In this document: positions 37,168 to 49,559 of the stretch, one piece after another | How the letters are laid out: each line of letters starts with the position of its first letter | Position numbering within the stretch: the first letter of the stretch is position 1 | Source: Rhodosorus marinus CCMP1338 | Lineage: Eukaryota > Plantae > Rhodophyta | Direction of reading: 5' to 3' | Assembly (NCBI GenBank): GCA_029953675.1 | Contig: JAMWBK010000002.1 | Location: 496,001-560,000 of the forward strand | DNA: 64,000 nucleotides | Made by a program: the position numbers and the translations under genes | Notes under the pieces: generated by a model | Databases searched by the model: none | Told to the model about the DNA's origin: nothing | What the model saw: the letters and a program-made list of their open reading frames with translations, nothing else

Positions 37168-39258
37168 CCCGTCTATCTTTGCTGCAAGGGATGTTTGAGG
37201 GCCACGCCAAATACGAGTGGGCCTTGGAGGTGCTCATCACCAAGGACGTGGACAGTGTCACTTGGGAGCAGATCTGCGAGCGCCTGAAATCAGCTGAACT
37301 CCGTCAACCGAAGAAAGAGTTTTTGTCGCAGTACAGTTATGATCCTCCACAGAGGGACTCCGGACTACATTGTCACCAATGCGGTCGGATGGGATATATA
37401 AAACGGCAGTGTTGGTTCAGCACAGGCGGTGTGAGACGCGGCGCAAAACCAGTCATGCAAGGCTCCCAGAGACATAATAGAGGAAGGTATGGAAGTTCTA
37501 AACCCGGTAAAAATACCTTCAGAGCTGCGGGAAACTCTCGATATCAGCATCCAGGATACCCACAAGGCGACCCGGAAACATTGCTGGCGTTTGGGATGTC
37601 AACACAGGTGTCCAATTGGGACATCGTGCTTGACAGTGGAGCTTCCACCCACATGTTTGGCAACCTTGCGTTGATGAGCAATGTTCGTGGATGCTCCCCC
37701 ATCCGCGTAACCTTGGCCGACGGCACTAGCGTGATCAGCAATCGGGTTAGCGAGGTAGTTATACGATGTCAGGTAAGGAAAGGGAAGAAGTGTTAAGATT
37801 CCAACGAGTACTGCGTGTGGATGGCATCGCACGCAACTACCTCTCAGTTTCGCAGATGACTGCCAACGGAGCGGCAGTTATAATGGGAGCTAATGTTTCG
37901 TTGATTAAATTCCAACGGCAACTGAAAGCTGGTTGCCATCGACAAGGTACTGTTGTTTGAAATATATCAATAGAGGTGAGTCCTTAGCCCAATACGATAG
38001 CCCTTCGCAACAACATGCGAATCTCGGGCATGCTAACAAACGGATGATCTAGCAACTTAAGGACGAATCCTGCAGGAAGTGAAGATCGTCCGTGCCTCGG
38101 TGCACGGACGTCTTTCGCATGCCACAGGGGTTGGCGATATAATACATTCCGACATATGCGGCCCTGTGACCACGAGCGCAACTAGAAAAACATACTTTGC
38201 CATCTTTGTGGACGAATATAGCCGCTTCACGCGCGTTTATTTCCTGCGCAAGAAGAACGAGATGTACCAGCGTTTTAATGACTACAAGGTTTGGTTTGAA
38301 ACGCAGACGGGCACACGGATTAAGGTACTCCATACCGATGGAGGTGGCGAATACGAAGGCCTGGCGAAACAACTCGTCAACCATGGCATTAAATGGGATC
38401 CAACGGCGCCCCACTCACCAGAAACGAATGGATTTTCGGAACGGACGAATCGATCCATCCTTGTTCTAATCCGTTTAATGCTACACCAATCAGGAGTCAA
38501 TGCGGAACGGTGGACACGGACTTTACAACTAGTCCAGAGGCTGTTGAACGGTGGGGCTAGAATGGGACGGAACCAGACAGCCCACGAAGTCTTATACGGA
38601 AGGCCGGATACTATGAAGAATGTGTATCATTTCGGTTGCGAAGTTTTAATTCACCTTCGGAAAGACCAACGAAAAGGGGGGGTTATCGTATATCTGGAAG
38701 GGCTATCCCTTCCAAATGGTAATTACGAGGCGATGCAGCTTGAAACCGAGAAGCTTGTGATCGTCCGGGATGTGATAATACACCCGGACATTTTCCCGTT
38801 GAATAACAAGGACTCCACCACGCCGGTGGTCAACGATGGGATTCCGATGCCTAACGCTGATGAACTGCAATCACTCAACCCTTATAACACGTGGACTTTG
38901 GTGGAGAGACCGAGCGATGCGAAAGTTCTACGCAACAAATTTGCATTTAAAATCAAGCGGTATGCAGACGTCACGATTGAGCGGTTTAAGGCTCGCCTCG
39001 TAGTACGTGGATTCGAACAAGACCGAGACGACTACGATGAAGTCTTCGCCGCAACAGTGCAATTTGAGACATCACTGGTTATTGCTGTCCTCGCACTCAG
39101 TCGCAGGTGGAGGCTCAAACAATATGATATCAAAATTGCCTACTTAAACGGTGTGCTCCATGAGAAAATTTATATGGAGCAGCCCGAAGGATATACTGAT
39201 GGTGCCGACAGAGTATGCCAACTTTAGAATCACGTTCACGGCTCTATGAAGACTGGAC

Positions 39259-41580
39259 TTTACTAGCATAGCCTGAAGCGCTACGCAAGGCGTGAAGATG
39301 AACTAATAACTAGGGAGGGAAGCATGCAACCCCACCAGGCGCCGATGGCGCGCCTCGGAAAGCATGTCGCTGGAATATCGCCAAAGGGAGACACTTAAAC
39401 GCCTCAAGAGCGCCAAATATTCAGTAGGATGCTCAGCAAAACATTTCCGCAACCACTCTAAACCCGACTTATCGACGTGACCAAAGCTTTCCACAATGAA
39501 TGGCTGGAACCGGTGAGAGCGACCCTCAGCGCAAGGCAGACTGGCCATGCTCTCAGCATACCGTCGTTCCTTAACTCTTCGAAGGGCTGAAGCCGCGGCC
39601 CCCCGGCGGCGGGCGGCTGCGGTGAGGTGGGCGCTGGCCACGGGGCAGGTAATCGCAAGGTCCACATATGTTGAGCGTCTGGCAGCAGCGTCGGAGACGA
39701 GGAGATCGGCTATACAACGGGGCGGTGCAGAGTCCGAGATTGATCTGGGCAGTTCCGACTCAACCTCAACCGTATGCCCTATCCGAGTCAAAAATTCGCT
39801 GAGGATGTACTTGAGGCGAGTGTGACGCCTCGTACGGAGACCTCTCAACAGTCCGCAGGAACCCAGGAAGTGGTAGCCACAAGCGTCAATCCGACTCTCA
39901 CATCCCTGACAGAAATACGGCCGATTAGAGTGCCACGGAGCCTGTGGCAAACCGAGATAGATTCGTGCGGCAGAACGTAACTGGAAAGCATCGAGCCGAT
40001 GACTCAATGACGACGGTAGAGTGGTTAACCACAAGTGCGAGAGATGGCCTCCCATGCCGCGGAGACGAGCGGCAGTGGTAGGCGGCGTGAGAGGAGAATT
40101 GAGCATGACTGTGTGAGCGGCACTGTGTTGGCCCCAGGTGAGGCTATGTTGAATCACATCAGTGCGGGAGCTCCACAATCGGCTCAAACCCGGGTAGTCT
40201 GCAACAGGTGACCCGGGGCTAGCCTCTCCGTCATCAGCAAGAACTCGGTCGAGGGGAGAATCCTCAATCGCTTCAGCTCGTCCCCATAACAGCTCCCTCC
40301 AGGAACGAAAGCGGGACCTATTTGCGTCCGGCACGGCGTTGCACCTCTGAACGCGTGTTGAAGACCATCATAAATTGTCAAAAGCGGGGGCGGCAGGGTC
40401 ACTGGATCCTCGTTGGTCAAAGCTCGAGCCAAGAGGCAGGTACTTCGCATCTGGAAGGTCACCAACGTTCGCAGCGCGGTAGCCCAGGAGGCAACCGCCG
40501 CTGGCGAGCATACCAGCCTCCGGTCTGCGACGCCGAATCCCCCTAATCGCAACGGTAGAGCGATCTGTGCACGAATCAAGTCCCTGTCGGGAGCAGCTTC
40601 AAGATCGAGGGGCTCATACAAGAGCGTTCCCCAGTGTTGCAGGGTTATCTCGTCGGCTTTAGCCGCGATCCACGAGCCCCAAGCTGGAGCAGGCTGCGCA
40701 ACCAGTAGTTGAGTCTGGGACCGGCACAAAAGCGGGAAAGCAAGCAGGCCGATTGCAGCATGCTGTCTGGTAGGCGCTCAATGGCGTCGGTGAGTTGCTT
40801 GTGCCGTGCCAAAACTCGCTCGCAGGATGCTTGGATAAAGTTGTCAGTCCCCAATCCGACGCCGCGGTGTTCGAACCCTTCACGTTCGCTGATTAGTCGC
40901 AGAGTGGGTGGCAGAGAGGCCAGCGACACGTCCCTCGGGGGGAGCAAGCGACATTTTTCTGTTTCCACAGTCAAACCGACGCGACGTGCAATCGCTTCGA
41001 TCTCGGTCAGCCCCCTAGCCAGGGTCTCAGGGGTGCCCAGCAATGTTACGTCATCGTGGTACGCGCAGATTCGAAGATCCGAGACCTCAGTCGAAAGACG
41101 TAAAAGTACGAGCTGTAGGGCACAGGCATGAAGAAGAGGTCCGCAAGGGTCGCCTTGTTGGACGCCAGTATGGGCTTGAAAAACAGTGCCCTCCGTTGCC
41201 AAGTAGGGGAGGCTCTCCCCTCCGTAAATACCCGATAGAAACGGCCACGCCTCTGGAAATACCCGTCGGAGAACCTCTAGCGCATGCGTCCGCGAGACGC
41301 TGTTGAATGCGTTCCGGAAATCAACCACCAAGACTCCCCACTCCGGCCTACTGGCGCGTTCTAGCTCGATCCCATGGGTGATCAGTTCGCAACCCCCAGA
41401 AAATCCTACCCCTACTTGCAAGGGCGCCATAAAAGCTGTGACTCGCTGGCGAAGGCGCTGGCATAGCCACCTCCGGCTAACATCCATAGGCTCTCCACCA
41501 TCCCGATCGGCCGGAGACGCAGGTGGGCCGGCTGGTGGTCAGGTTTCGTGAGCAAGCAAAGCTGTGCCTGCCGGAGATGT
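39259..41580 (-). mobile_element. 5'-truncated CRE/R2-like RLE non-LTR retrotransposon nested in the copia RT
   Basis: LRPIGMVESL, PLQVGVGFSGGCE, VDFRNAFNSVSR, GVQQGDPCGPLL, YHDD, RLGGFGV, zinc motif CQGC..H..SC, RRHTR, IADLLV..YVDLAI..KERRY, FQPFIVESFG. Two frameshifts. Conserved 3' tail ends at 39259. Confidence 0.93.
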
Positions 41581-42674
41581 CCCATGGCGCAGACGCACCC
41601 GTCACGCCCTGGAACAATTTGTTAAGGATCCTCAGAAGCGCGGTTTTTCCCAGCTTAAGATGGACTCCTGCGCATTCCAAAACGGGCACGTTCTGATCCT
41701 GTTGTATGTGGATGACATTATTACTACAGGACCTGAGGACGAGATACGAAAAGCTGAAACCGTTCTCAAGAGCCTGTATGAGACACGTGAGCTAGGCGAC
41801 ATTGCCAGTTATCTTGGAGTCCAGTTTCAAAGGAACTTGGGCGACTCCAGAATGCTGATGTAGCAGAAGCCTTATATTGAGAAACTTCTCACAAAAGTTC
41901 GGACTTGAGGAGAGTAAGTCCGTGGATTCACCAATGCTGCCTTCGAAGCCGGAACAACAACCGCTTGTGCAACCGACTATGGACGCCCACAATTATCCGT
42001 GGGCGTTGATCGGGAGTCTTAGTTTTGTTGCCCATCGAACTCGGCCTGACATCCTCTCGGCGGTTCGCGCACTGGCAATGCGCATGCACATCCCCACGCG
42101 TGCAGATTGGGTTGCTGCGAGGCGGATCCTAAGATATTTGAAGGGCACACTCGATCTTGGCTTGGAGTTCTGCCTGAGCCGGAAACAGAACCTGGCTTTA
42201 TATACGGATGCGTCGTGGGGTACCGGTGCGACTCGCCGTTCCACGACGGGTTTCGCGATTTTCGTAGGGAATTGTCTCCTAACATACGCAAGTCGAAGTC
42301 AACGGACGGTGGCTACTTCTGCAGCGGTGGCAAAATTAGTTGCAGTAGCAGACAGATTGCGCAACCTCCGATGGATGAACCAACTACTCACCGAGGTTGG
42401 ACTTCAGACGACTTCGACGACCGTCTACAATGATAATCAATCCTGCCTCAAATGGATTAACGGAAGTGGCAACGCATTACAAAAGCATGTGGACATTGCA
42501 TACAGGTATGTGCAAGAGCAGGAGGATATGAGAAATTACACTTTCGCGTATGTTCCTACGGAAGAGCAGGTGGCCGACATTTTCACCAAAGCTATTTCAT
42601 CACCAGCGTTAATTCGTCATCGGGGAATACTTGAGAGTAACACCTATGCACATTATTGCTGGGATGAGGGGGAG

Positions 42675-43042
42675 TGTTAGGAAATGGTCAGGTCAAGCTG
42701 CACATCGACCACGGTCCAACGACTAGGCTATGTGGACTACGTACCCAAGACTTGTACGTAACCAAGTCTTGTTATGTTTGCTGACAGAGTTGACATCCCA
42801 GTACATGTCCCGGAAATGTGCTGATGGAACCTATGAAACGGGCAGCCCGTAGGCAAGGAACATTCGTGTCAAATCTAGACACAACCGTATCGACTCTGAT
42901 ATGACTTAGAGTAGCTTGGAGGAAACCCTACGAGACCTATATAAGCCAAGCTTGATAGCATACTAGTCAGGGGTACTCCAAGACAATATAATAAAATGAG
43001 TCGTACGTGAAGCACACTGTCTGCTCTACACCTCCTGTTCCA
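42675..43042 (+). repeat. Copia 3' LTR (TG...CA, about 368 bp)
   Basis: Polypurine tract GATGAGGGGGAG immediately before TGTTAG at 42675. TATATAA near 42938. Ends in TGTTCCA at 43042 (right end inferred; no second LTR to confirm it). Confidence 0.75.
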
Positions 43043-43044
43043 AG

Positions 43045-43186
43045 AGAGGAAGCAAAATGGGATTGATTATGGACTAAAAATGCGGCCTGAGCTTCTGGAA
43101 AGGTTTCACTTCGCAACTCGATTGTATTAATCCCGCCGTTCGTAGCTGAACTGTCTCTACCTCGAACGAATACACTATCCAGAGAG
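43045..43186 (+). repeat. Right copy of the 141-142 bp direct repeat, abutting the LTR
   Basis: About 95% identical by eye to 37027-37167. Confidence 0.9.
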
Positions 43187-44008
43187 ACCGTTCGAAGAAC
43201 TTTCCTCGATGGCTAGAGAGTACCCTGAATAATGTGGCAGTGGGATTGTTCGGAAACTTCATTATCAACCACAGACTGTGGCGCTGTCGGGCCCTCTTTC
43301 TCCGACGCTTTTCCTTTTATATGTTTCATTGGTACATTATCTGATGGTTCTGCTCAAGGTCAGTACATTCTTACAGATCTTCACAAAGAGCGTGGTACTG
43401 CAGTCCCAGATAACAAAGCCTGAACTCCATAAGCAGCCTAGGTACTCCCTTTCGCTGTTACAAGAGACTTGCCTCATCCACACTGCACCGAAACCAAAAC
43501 GCTCCGTTAAACATGCGAGGGCAAAGCAAGGCGATCAGCCAAGGCCGAATCGGTGGGCAGTTAACCCCTAGGCTAATCCGAAGGACTTCCCCAGGCTCAA
43601 GTTCCTTTGAAGTTTAGTTCATACTTTCAAACCCTCCCCACAAGATAGAAGGTCCCCGCCTCTCCTTGTTCTACTCCTGCCCGGGTTCCTTATGCCATGG
43701 CTAGTCCGACTTCACAAGATATTCATACAGTTCAATAAATTGTTATTTTTTAGTACTGACTAGCAAAGCGAAAGTCCCACCACAAGTCCTAGTAGCAAAC
43801 GACCATGCACGGACACGAGGACGAGGACAAGTGCATTTATCAGTTGCTAGTTGCTCTCCGAGCACTAAACTACTAAAGACGCCTGCTACGCGCTGCGAAC
43901 ATCTAAACGTTGTTCCGCGTTTATTCGCCATAAACGCGAAGCTCAGAGCCGTGTACAGAGCGGAGCCCGTACCCTGGCTCGCAGAAGCGGTCCTTAACTA
44001 AGAATTCC

Positions 44009-44452
44009 AACAGTCAATGTCCCGAAGAAGATTGAATCTCGATCATCGTCCATCGTTGATTGAAAAATGTCGGACAAGAACTCTTCTATTTTCTATTGAA
44101 TGAATATGAATTGGTTTATTTAATCCGAGGCCGAAAGAAAAAACCCGAGGGGCAAAACGGGACTAAGCACGGCGCAGATCGCGCGCCTCCAACATCAAAG
44201 CAGGAGTTAATACGCCACACATGAAACTTGAACTGGTAAACAACGAGGATAGACTGTCAGGGCGTTCGCGGAACAATTCCCTAAGCCAATGAGAATAATT
44301 TCTATTCAGGTCTGATAAACCTGTATCGGACGCGACCCGGAATTAATATATTGTCCAATTATTACATAATTTCATGTCTTGTAAGCGTTTATTGGTGGGG
44401 TCGATATTTATCGGACATAATCGGACATTTTAGTCGGACGGAAATGACTGTT
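44009..44452. mobile_element. Candidate MITE/non-autonomous DNA element with short TIRs and TCGGAC subterminal repeats
   Basis: AACAGTCA at 44009 and TGACTGTT at 44445-44452. TCGGAC at about 44070, 44326, 44411, 44421 and 44435. Right end resembles the core of 36751-36871 in reverse. Confidence 0.45.
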
Positions 44453-44668
44453 AGAGTAGAATCCATACAGCGTAGTTTCTTTAATTGACAGCGGCCCATT
44501 CACACAGTTTTCCCATTCGCTCGCAAACTCGTTGCGCAAAACTTCTTTTTTTGTTTTTTTTGGGGGGGGGCATGACAACGAAACTGTAGTGAATTATCTC
44601 CAACCCGAACGCTCTCTGTGAGGGAGATCTGGCATCTTCGCTTTTTGTTCGTTTCCCAGTAAACTCGG

Positions 44669-44721
44669 AGAAATTACGATCGCCCCCGCCTGTTCAGTAG
44701 AAGGGGGCGATCGTAATTTCT
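44669..44721. repeat. Perfect 19-bp inverted repeat with 15-nt loop
   Basis: AGAAATTACGATCGCCCCC (44669-44687) and GGGGGCGATCGTAATTTCT (44703-44721). Confidence 0.95.
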
Positions 44722-47308
44722 ATTATTTCTATATATATCCTAACAGGTCTATATCAACTGATTGCTTGAAGAAATGAACTTTTTGAATCCATCCATCACA
44801 CGCCCTCACTCATGGATTAAGGAACTGATTATTGCATATAGACAAAAGCACACCCAAAAGGATTCCCAACGAAAAACCTGCCAAGCAACCAATAAAAAAA
44901 TGGGATACGCAGGAAGCTCGCTCTGGCACCTACCTCACCATTATCCAATTGAATTAGTTTATAATTTTGATTGACGTGACGGGAGTTGGTTTGAAAAACA
45001 AAAGGTCCAAAAAGTCAAAAAGGTCGAATTGGTTTTTTGCCTTTTTCCGCTGGTTCGATAGATGTTCCTTGAAGATCTCTCTGTGTACATGTTCTTGCTC
45101 TTTGAGTTTCAGAATAAATTCGTTTGTTCTTTCTTGCGATCGCTGTGCGCCGTTTTGACTGTGTGATGTGTGAGCGTGAAAAATTGTAACGCTTTTTTTG
45201 CTTTCCAATAGTTGCATTGCGGTTAGAGTGCCTTCCTTTTCTTTCATTTTTAGAAGTACGAATATCATCACGAGAACTTGTAATCCATAAACATTTAGAT
45301 GCATCGAATATTCGTATAAAACGTTTATTTCTATAGTGTAAATTGGAGCTATTGGTTGCCGAAGATATAAACCCCATTTCTACTTTTTCTAGATTTAAAT
45401 AGAGGAAATCGTGTATAGAGTAAGCAGAGAAGTCTGTGTATTTGTAATTTCCTCGTAAAACCTGAAGGTTTGGACGTTTCCCGCCCTCTCTTTTGTTTGG
45501 GCCATTTTGTTTGGGAAACCAATTCCGGAAGCTGCGTGATAATTTGCGCAATGAGTTTTGTGATAGGAATCATATAATGATTAAATAATGTAGGAGTGAA
45601 AGCAATTGGACTTTGATCATCTTGGAGAAGGGGGGGTTGCGCGGTCTCGGATTTGTTTTTCTCGGCCATCTTATGCCATAATTTTTACGGGATATTAGAT
45701 TGGCAACGGGTTGATTTCGAGATGGGCACGATGGGCTCAATGTAAACCTGCGCTGGTGATGAGCGTCTGTTGAAGCATTCGAACCGGTTCTAAGCATTAC
45801 TAGCGACGTTCAGGGGCCTCAGCCGGGCCCTAGTGGGTGTGCAACTCCTTCCCTCCACAGCTTCGTCCTGTCATCAGTTTACAGGATAGCCAGCAGCCTG
45901 GGTGGGTGCTCTAGAGAAGTGCTATTTGGCACTACAGTGGCCTACTAGTTGAGTCAACTGACCAGAAGCTTTCTGCACCTCGCAACCCACCCCGCAAACA
46001 GAATCAAGATAACTGATAGAATGAAACGATGTATCTGAAAATTAGTACAATTTTAAAACGTTTCGGAACAGTGGCTGATCAACGGTTGTAGAAGAGCTTA
46101 GTCGAAGGGTGGAGCTGCTTCGGCGAATTGTATTGGCTCAGTGTTCTGCCGTTAAGCGTGCTATCGTGAGGAAGCGTATTAGGGATGGCGGCATTGCGTT
46201 TCCAAGGATGCTCAAGAGGAGTCTGTGTTTTGAAGCTTTCAAAAACTTATTTCGCAGGAGTTTGGCGCTAAGTTTTCTGGACACTGCACAGGCAGCCCCA
46301 TGAATTCGGAGATTCCGAGAGTCCGCATGATATTCTTCTCGCCTTTGTGGGGGGGTTGGCCTATTGAATATCCTGTGAGCACAGAGGAAACAAGTAAAAG
46401 CGAGGGTGACGGTAAGCCGTTCTTGCAAGTTTAGTGTTCAAGCATGTCCTTCCGTTGGCCTCGGGGAGCTCTCGCCAAATGAGACCTGCGGAGATACGAA
46501 TTGGCGTACCCTGAACCAAGAAAGCACCTTGTTCACGCTTTAACACATTTACGAGAATCTGGTAAAAAGATAACAAATGTGGGTTCGTCAAAGCCTGCAA
46601 AAACAAGAAAAACCACCCCCCCCCCCCAAAAAAAAAAAACAATCAACTTCGGCAAAAACTGTTGCATAATTTTTTTGTTGGCCGGGTTGGAAGATTTCCA
46701 AAACTGAGTATTGTGTCATAATCAGTCCCTATCTGCATAATAATTCATCATAAACACGAAACTCCAAAGAGACAACACCCAGATTAGGATATTAACCACA
46801 AATTTAGTCAATATGTTTTTTGGAAAAATTAAATTCTGCTTACCAGAAAATCCGCGAAATCCACGATCAAATCAATCCGTTTTACTGTCAAATATTAAAT
46901 TAAAATACTTTCTTTTACAATTCGCATGGAGAGTTTATGTCCGCCCACGTGTCCTTCAAAAAAAATTATCTGTGAGAACCTCCGAAAGAGTTCTAACATT
47001 ATCCTCTTGTTCTTTTCCAGTAGATTTCTGAAGAATATTATTCGGGGAAGAAAATGACTGCGCTCGCCGGGAGCTGTTTTTTCTCCTGTAAGCGTCGTTT
47101 TCAAGGAACTGTTGAATTTCTGTATTTTTAGAAACAGTTGGCAGTATCCTCAGAAATCCTGTTCCTGTTTTTTTTTGCCGGGGAGGGGATTTGCTCATAT
47201 TTTCCGCACAGTTCAATTTATCGGAAATAGATAATTCGAATTGGATGGGGAAGTCCACATTGACTCTGCGGGCTGATGGGGTGGGAGGGGGATGGGTAGG
47301 TTATAGTG

Positions 47309-47361
47309 GGTGGTTTTAATAACGTAACTTTAAGCGCTACGCAGGGCGTAATGCGAACTAG
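47309..47361 (-). mobile_element. Diverged 3' tail of the RLE family
   Basis: Minus strand reads CTAGTTCGCATTACGCCCTGCGTAGCGCTTAAAGTTACGTTATTAAAACCACC, similar to the nested copy's TAGTTCATCTTCACGCCTTGCGTAGCGCTTCAGGCTATGCTAGTAAA. Confidence 0.7.
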
Positions 47362-47639
47362 TTCAAGCTACCGAGCTTAGCGCTAGGGATGCGCGAGAAA
47401 AGCAAATAAAGCTTGGCTATGGACACCGCAGAGCAGGGTACGATTCTTCATCTATGCTAGTAAAACCACCACGGTCTACGGGAAAAAGTGTTCGGGGATT
47501 AGAATCTTTATGCAAGGCATGGATTACGAAGCGAGCTGTACCACGCCATAGTTGCCGATTCAAATCCACTCGCAGGCGGGCTTGTGCGTCCGCTGTATGC
47601 TCTAGATGGTCCGTAGAATTTGTGAGGAAGTCTTGCGCG

Positions 47640-47960
47640 CCTTGGCTAAGTCTACCAGATACTAGGAACGAAAGCGCTCACGCCAACACCGTGGTGGCGA
47701 GCCTCTGCTAGCATGCTGCTATAATATAACCATGAAGCGACCCTGAACATGTGTCACAGTATAGAATACTCTGGCGGGGTCGTCTGTAAGATTTGCGCAG
47801 ACACTCCAAGCTTGACTTTTCAATCTGATCAAAGCTTTCCACGCGAAAGGCTGAAAACTTTGCGCCTTGTCCTCAACGCAGAGGAGGTTGGCCATGCTCT
47901 CGGCGTACCGTCGCTTATTTTGTCCGCGAATAATAGCGGCTGAAGCACCTCGGCGTAGCT
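47640..47960 (-). mobile_element. C-terminal RLE fragment of the same non-LTR family
   Basis: RRGASAAIIRGQNKRRYAESMANLLCVEDKAQSFQPF and YSSMLAEARHHG match RRGAAASALRRVKERRYAESMASLPCAEGRSHRFQPF and YSSDMLSEARHRR. Confidence 0.85.
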
Positions 47961-49559
47961 GGGAGATAGAGCCCGAGGCGTTCTCTATTCGTCTTGCCAA
48001 GGTGGGACGTATGGTTTTGGAGGGTAGAACGAGCACATGTCACTCTGAAAGGTCTTTCGGATAGGACTCTTGCACGTGGAAGAAGTCGACAGCGCGTAGA
48101 GTTTCGGAATTTCTCAATCTCGGGCTTTTCTTTTTGCGTCGTAGACTTCATATGTACTGGACGGCAGCGCAGTGTCTTGAAGAAACGCATTGTTGAGGAG
48201 CTCAGTGGTTTAATTCCAAACGAAATTACATGCATAGGTTGCGATTGCCCATAGGGCGGTGGTTACGCTGTTGTCTGTGTCAAGTATCAGGCGGGTCCAG
48301 CAAGGATTCTACGTGAACTGCGATACAAATCAGTGCTTGGATGTGGTTTTGTTAGACCAGTAGGGTATGGTTTCCAGTTCCTGGACACGCTATTTATCCC
48401 CTCCTTTTATTTTTTTTGAGTGTTCGTACCTCGGGTAGAGCCCAAAGCTTCTGAAAGCCAATCTCTTTTGCCAGAAATTGGAGAACAAGAAAACCTGAAT
48501 CAACCGCAGCCGGCGTGATTTATGCTCAGTGCTCTACTGATGATGAGAACAATCTTCTCGAGTTGTTCTGAGCCTTCCATGGGAAGAGTAATCGCAGGTA
48601 GTCCATGTACATTGTGGCGCACACCTCCAGAATATATGCGGAATCACCGAACGATGAAATATATTCTGAGTTGCTGACGTCGAGGAACCTATCGGAGGCT
48701 TAGGTGAAAGAGGTGAACAGTACAGCAATTTCGAGCGCAGACATCGTCCGTGGAACCCGTATGCGGCCTTTGCGTGGTTCATTATAAATTCATCGGATAC
48801 GCGCATGCCTTTAAGCCACCCACCCCCTCCCTCCACTGGACGAGTTTTTCCCGCAAGGGGCAACAAACCCAATGCAGACAACGGCAGACTTTTACCCATC
48901 TCGCGTAGTGTCTCCTGGAAACATTTCGAGCTCGACTCCCATATTATTCGTACGAAGAACTCTAGAATTCATTTAAGCGCAGACCTTTTCCGGTCGGAAT
49001 GAAGGGTTTATCTCGTACTACTTCCACTCTTGTGTGTGAACATTCTGAAGGTAATCCAGCAAACAACCATGTCACTGAGCGACCAGCAACCGCTACATCG
49101 ACATCGTTCAAGACGCTTGGTGTATGCAGATGTTTCAACTTCGCACCATTCCCAGAGACCGGCTACAAGATATTTGCTTTGTTCCCTTGAGGGCGGAAGA
49201 ACTCTTACTTTCTGGATGACCAACAGGACCTTCAGTACAGTACTCTCCTGGATTGAGTTGTGCTCTAGTTTCTCGCTGTGAAAGCATCCTCGTTCTACGC
49301 GGTTAGCACCGCCGAGAAAGTCCTACATGGGAACTACCCGACAGCCATAACCATCAGTACTCTACGGACGCGATCTACTTACAGTATAGTTACGCGGACT
49401 TGATAGCAATCAACCGGTTAAAGAACAAACTTCAGGAACTCAACACCGACAGCCTGCCAACCTCGACGAAGCCTAAAGCTGCCGAAGCACAAGGGAACAC
49501 ATACAAGAGATCAACTGCCTTGCTCCACGTCAAACCTACGCAAGGCGCTACAAGGACAC

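Larger units (their letters stand above)
37000..43042 (+). mobile_element. Degenerate Ty1/copia LTR retrotransposon (gag-PR-INT-RT-RH, PPT, 3' LTR); 5' LTR not found, RT interrupted by a nested element
   Basis: Zinc knuckle CHQCGRMGYIKRQC, protease VLDSGASTHM, integrase IHSDICGP/VDEYSRF/HTDGGGEY/NGFSER, RT RFKARLVVRGFEQ and LLYVDDII, RNase H YTDASW/NDNQSC/KHVDI/VADIFTK. INT precedes RT (copia order). Confidence 0.95.

Noticed and set aside
46100-46400. IVRKRIRDGGIAFP resembling an L1/Tx1 GGLGL motif
   Set aside because: Single motif with no supporting RT motifs nearby.
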